From the NCBI GenBank assembly GCA_017885655.1, contig JAFNFQ010000029.1, positions 2,061 to 26,060 on the forward strand: a DNA stretch of 24,000 nt, given 5' to 3'. The position numbers and the translations under genes were made by a program. Source of the stretch: Methanobacteriota archaeon. GTDB taxonomy: Archaea; Thermoplasmatota; Thermoplasmata; RBG-16-68-12; JAFNFQ01. The stretch's first letter is position 1; every line of letters starts with the position of its first letter. This document shows, in pieces, positions 20,818-24,000 of the stretch. The notes below the pieces were generated by a model that saw nothing but the letters and a program-made list of their open reading frames with translations, had not been told where the DNA came from and made no database searches.

Positions 20818-23800
20818 ATGTACTGGGCATGGGTTGCTTGTAGGGGCAGGCGAAAGCGGAACACACAGACAATCCGGTTGTTCTCATTCGTTTTCGCGTT
20901 CTTTCTGATTCCAGTTTTTCCGTCTCTCTTCGTGCCCTCAACGCGAGATTCTATTGTTTCAGTATCTCCACAATCGACGGACTCTACCGAGCAGAACGTT
21001 TTGGACGCTTTCGAGGATTTGCATGGTTACTTCATCGAGAACAGAGGCCAGGTAATTGACGGAGTCCGCTACTATTCAAGGGGCAATCCCGCCGTTGCAT
21101 TTAGGGATGACGGGGTGATGTTCGCTATCAGACGCGTGGAAGAGAAGGCAACGCGGGAAGATGTGAACTGGCGTGATTCTGCCACCAGATTCTCCTTGTC
21201 CGCCAAGGACCAGGTCACGGTGAAATCCTTCGCCTATCTCCTCCGTTTCCAAGACGCGCATGAGACTAGACCTGTCGGCGTTGATCGACTATCTTCCAGC
21301 AGCAACTTCTTCATTGGTGACGATCCGGCGAGATGGAGGACGAAGGTCGCGAACTACGGAGGGATAGCTTACCCTGATCTTTACGACGGCGTAGACCTCG
21401 TGTTCAGACCGGGAATCAACGGTGTGAAGTATGAATTCGTGGTCAGCCCGGGGACCGATCCAGGAATCATTGAGATGAGATATGAAGGAATAGAATCAAT
21501 GAAGCTGGAATCGTCCGGAATTGTCGTTCATACGATGCTGGGGGAATTGCGTGACTCGCCACCGTATTCCTATCAGGAAGGAGAGGAGGTCAGGTGTGAG
21601 TTCGCAATGCGAGGTCCTGTCTCCGTTGGCTTCGACTGCTCGAGAAGGGACCCGGCCAAGACTCTGACGATTGATCCGTTGGTTTATTCAACTTATCTCG
21701 GTGGCAGCGATATGGACGGCGCGTTTGGCATCGCTTTGGACTCCGTGGGCAATGCATATGTGACTGGCTACTCCATGTCACTCGATTTCCCCGTCACTCC
21801 GGGGGCATTCGATATCAGCTGCGCCGCAAACGGGGATGTGTTCGTCGCGAAGCTGAATCCCGACGGAAAGAGCCTCGTCTATTCGACTTTCTTGGGTGGC
21901 AGCGATGTGGACCGTGGCAAATCCATCACGGTGAGTACCCTCGGATCCGCATACGTGACCGGCTACACGAAATCGTCTGACTTCCCATTAACGGTCAACG
22001 CATTCGACAGCACTCAAGATAGCTTCGACGCCTTCGTGACTGTGCTAAATCCCACCGGCAGCACGCTGTCCTATTCCACCTTCCTCGGCGGCACGATTGA
22101 TGACTATGCGAACTCGATTGCTGTGGACCCCGGTGGCTGGGCATACGTGGCGGGAGAAACCTACTGCTCTGACTTCCCTGTCACTCCAGGCGCTTACGAT
22201 ACTGTCTTCAACAGTACGGGATTCGGAGAAGACGCCTTTGTTACCAAGCTCGATGTCGTCGGCGGGGGGCTCGTCTACTCGACTTTTCTTGGCGGTGAGA
22301 CAGATGATTGGGGCATTGCGATTTCTGTGGACGTCAGTGGCAACACATATGTGACCGGCATGACCACATCGATTGATTTTCCGACCACACTTGGCGCGTT
22401 TGATGATTCCTTTAACGGCGTCAGTGACGCTTTCGTGACCAAGTTGAACGACACCGGCAAAGGGCTTCTCTATTCCCTATTTCTTGGAGGTTCTCGCGAA
22501 GATCAGGGTAATGCCATCGCGCTTGACTCCGAAGGAAACGTCTACGTTGGCGGCAGAACCGAATCGTTCGACTTCCCCGTCACTATCGGTGCTCACGATA
22601 CGGAGGTCAATGATACCGACGGCTTCGTCGCGAAAATCAATCAGACTGGCAGCACTCTTGATTATTCCACGTTTCTGGGCGGGAGTGGCAGCGACTGGAT
22701 CCAATCCGTCGCTGTGGATTCCCGCGGAAGAGTCCACGCGACCGGTGATACCGCATCGGTCGACTTCCCAGTGACCTCCAGCGCCATCGATATCGTTCTG
22801 AATGGCACGGACGCCTTCGTGTCAGAGCTCAATCCTGTAGGTTCAGCCCTCACGTTCTCCACATATCTCGGTGGCAACTCCTCCGACTCCGGAAACATGA
22901 TTGCAGTCAATTCCTCAGGCAACGCGTACGCCACCGGGAGCACGTCATCAGCCGACTTCCCAACCACTCCGGGTGCGTTTGATCGCATTTTGAACGGGAA
23001 CGACGGCTACGTCGTCATGTTCACAATCGCCCCCAACAACCGACCGATGCCTCCAGACCCGCTGTGCATCCAAGGGATATGCTCCAACAACGTGGACGCG
23101 AGGATGTATCACATCACGCAACTCACCAACTTCCCGCTTTCTTGGACTCACTTAGACCCTGACCTGGATGCACAGACAGCGGCTGAAGCTGCCATCTCAA
23201 AGGCCCCCAACAGGGGTTCCCTCATCTGGATAAATGTCCTCTCAGGGACAGCCTCTCAGATGACCTATGCCGGTCTCCCCTTGGAACGCTGCACCGATTA
23301 CTGGTATTCGGTGAGGACCAAGGACGTGCCCCAATGGGGGGCCGTCGCTGAAGTGAAGTTCCATACGAACTGCTTGCCCGCCCCAGTCAACCGGCTGTGG
23401 CCGGCGAACGGCTGGACCACGTTGCCAAGGAGTGACCAGAAGGTCTTCTGGTCGTTCATGACGGACAACGACCCGGGTGACTCATTGAACTACACATGGA
23501 AGGTCGACGATCAGATTGGATTCCCAAGCCCGGTTACCAACACCACCCAGAACAACTACTCGGATCCATTCCAGACAGTCCCGTCGATGACATACTTCTG
23601 GTGCGTCGAGGAATCCGATGGCTGGGACTCGGCTATAAGCAACTGCGCCAATCCGTGGATGTTCCTGACCGGGGTGCCGCCCAGGCCGCCGACCGTCACG
23701 GAGCTAAAGGTCGACAACCACGCGGCGGGCGACGCATACCTGCAGCGCGTCACGAACCGTGTCCCTGTATTCACGTGGAAGTTCAATCCGATGGGCAGGT

Positions 23801-24000
23801 CGCAAACGGCCTTCCACATACAGGTCCGGCAGCAGTCGGGTGATACTTTGAAGTGGGAGTTAAACAACACGGGAGTTGGCGGCGACGTTTCAACGGCCAC
23901 TTACAACTCGGACAGCAGTGGCACAGCTCTCACCAACGGCGCCTGCTATTACTTCCAGGTCAAGGTTCGCGACAGCCTCACGCCGCAGCTCTGGAGCGTC
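20818..24000 (+). CDS. Second SBBP beta-propeller-repeat surface protein (paralog of 16510..19578), followed by FN3-like modules; 3' end lies outside the window
   Basis: Not in the supplied ORF track because it has no stop in the window. I translated every codon from ATG 20818 (preceded by an in-frame TAA) to 24000 and found 1061 codons without a stop. N-terminus MYWAWVACRGRRKRNTQTIRLFSFVFAFFLIPVFPSLF. Then FIENRGQ...YLLRF...KYEF.V.PG.DP...YEG, as in the paralog. Then repeated YSTFLGG..D.G..I.VD..GNAYVTG...S.DFP.T.GAFD. Confidence 0.88.
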   Translation, partial: MYWAWVACRGRRKRNTQTIRLFSFVFAFFLIPVFPSLFVPSTRDSIVSVSPQSTDSTEQNVLDAFEDLHGYFIENRGQVIDGVRYYSRGNPAVAFRDDGVMFAIRRVEEKATREDVNWRDSATRFSLSAKDQVTVKSFAYLLRFQDAHETRPVGVDRLSSSSNFFIGDDPARWRTKVANYGGIAYPDLYDGVDLVFRPGINGVKYEFVVSPGTDPGIIEMRYEGIESMKLESSGIVVHTMLGELRDSPPYSYQEGEEVRCEFAMRGPVSVGFDCSRRDPAKTLTIDPLVYSTYLGGSDMDGAFGIALDSVGNAYVTGYSMSLDFPVTPGAFDISCAANGDVFVAKLNPDGKSLVYSTFLGGSDVDRGKSITVSTLGSAYVTGYTKSSDFPLTVNAFDSTQDSFDAFVTVLNPTGSTLSYSTFLGGTIDDYANSIAVDPGGWAYVAGETYCSDFPVTPGAYDTVFNSTGFGEDAFVTKLDVVGGGLVYSTFLGGETDDWGIAISVDVSGNTYVTGMTTSIDFPTTLGAFDDSFNGVSDAFVTKLNDTGKGLLYSLFLGGSREDQGNAIALDSEGNVYVGGRTESFDFPVTIGAHDTEVNDTDGFVAKINQTGSTLDYSTFLGGSGSDWIQSVAVDSRGRVHATGDTASVDFPVTSSAIDIVLNGTDAFVSELNPVGSALTFSTYLGGNSSDSGNMIAVNSSGNAYATGSTSSADFPTTPGAFDRILNGNDGYVVMFTIAPNNRPMPPDPLCIQGICSNNVDARMYHITQLTNFPLSWTHLDPDLDAQTAAEAAISKAPNRGSLIWINVLSGTASQMTYAGLPLERCTDYWYSVRTKDVPQWGAVAEVKFHTNCLPAPVNRLWPANGWTTLPRSDQKVFWSFMTDNDPGDSLNYTWKVDDQIGFPSPVTNTTQNNYSDPFQTVPSMTYFWCVEESDGWDSAISNCANPWMFLTGVPPRPPTVTELKVDNHAAGDAYLQRVTNRVPVFTWKFNPMGRSQTAFHIQVRQQSGDTLKWELNNTGVGGDVSTATYNSDSSGTALTNGACYYFQVKVRDSLTPQLWSV

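Overview
GC-rich chromosomal segment that looks archaeal: A/T-rich TATA-like boxes sit about 25-38 nt upstream of starts, internal operon genes have Shine-Dalgarno sites, and the tRNA lacks an encoded CCA. I cannot assign a lineage from the window. Left to right: the 3' part of an MgtA-type P-type ATPase, tRNA-Thr(UGU) abutted by a truncated S1-protease remnant, an AlkD-like HEAT-repeat protein and a tandem-ACT protein. Next comes a roughly 5.5 kb block bracketed by two copies of a ~92-nt repeat. It carries a Ras/Rab-like small GTPase, two paralogous small endonuclease-fold-like proteins, a divergent wHTH-STAND-TPR NTPase, a secreted FN3 protein and an orphan membrane-anchor module. The main result is a compact four-gene operon (9149-11572). 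Its products read as UFM1-like (ends -VG), UFC1-like E2, UBA5-like E1 and a JAB/MPN+ protease with an unknown C-terminal domain. A multi-zinc-ribbon gene converges on it. The right half is a surface-protein cluster: a PKD-repeat protein, two paralogous SBBP beta-propeller-repeat giants and a Kelch propeller. The second SBBP gene (20818 to window end, 1061 uninterrupted codons) is missing from the supplied ORF track. The PKD gene is flanked by two long non-coding regions, each holding a strictly phased 21-bp degenerate tandem-repeat array (12204-12510 and 15724-16266). These arrays generate many spurious ORFs in all six frames. A GTGGA-N4-TCCAC palindrome recurs next to three TATA-like boxes around the STAND regulator gene. 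All family assignments come from motif reading and remembered reference sequences, not from searches.
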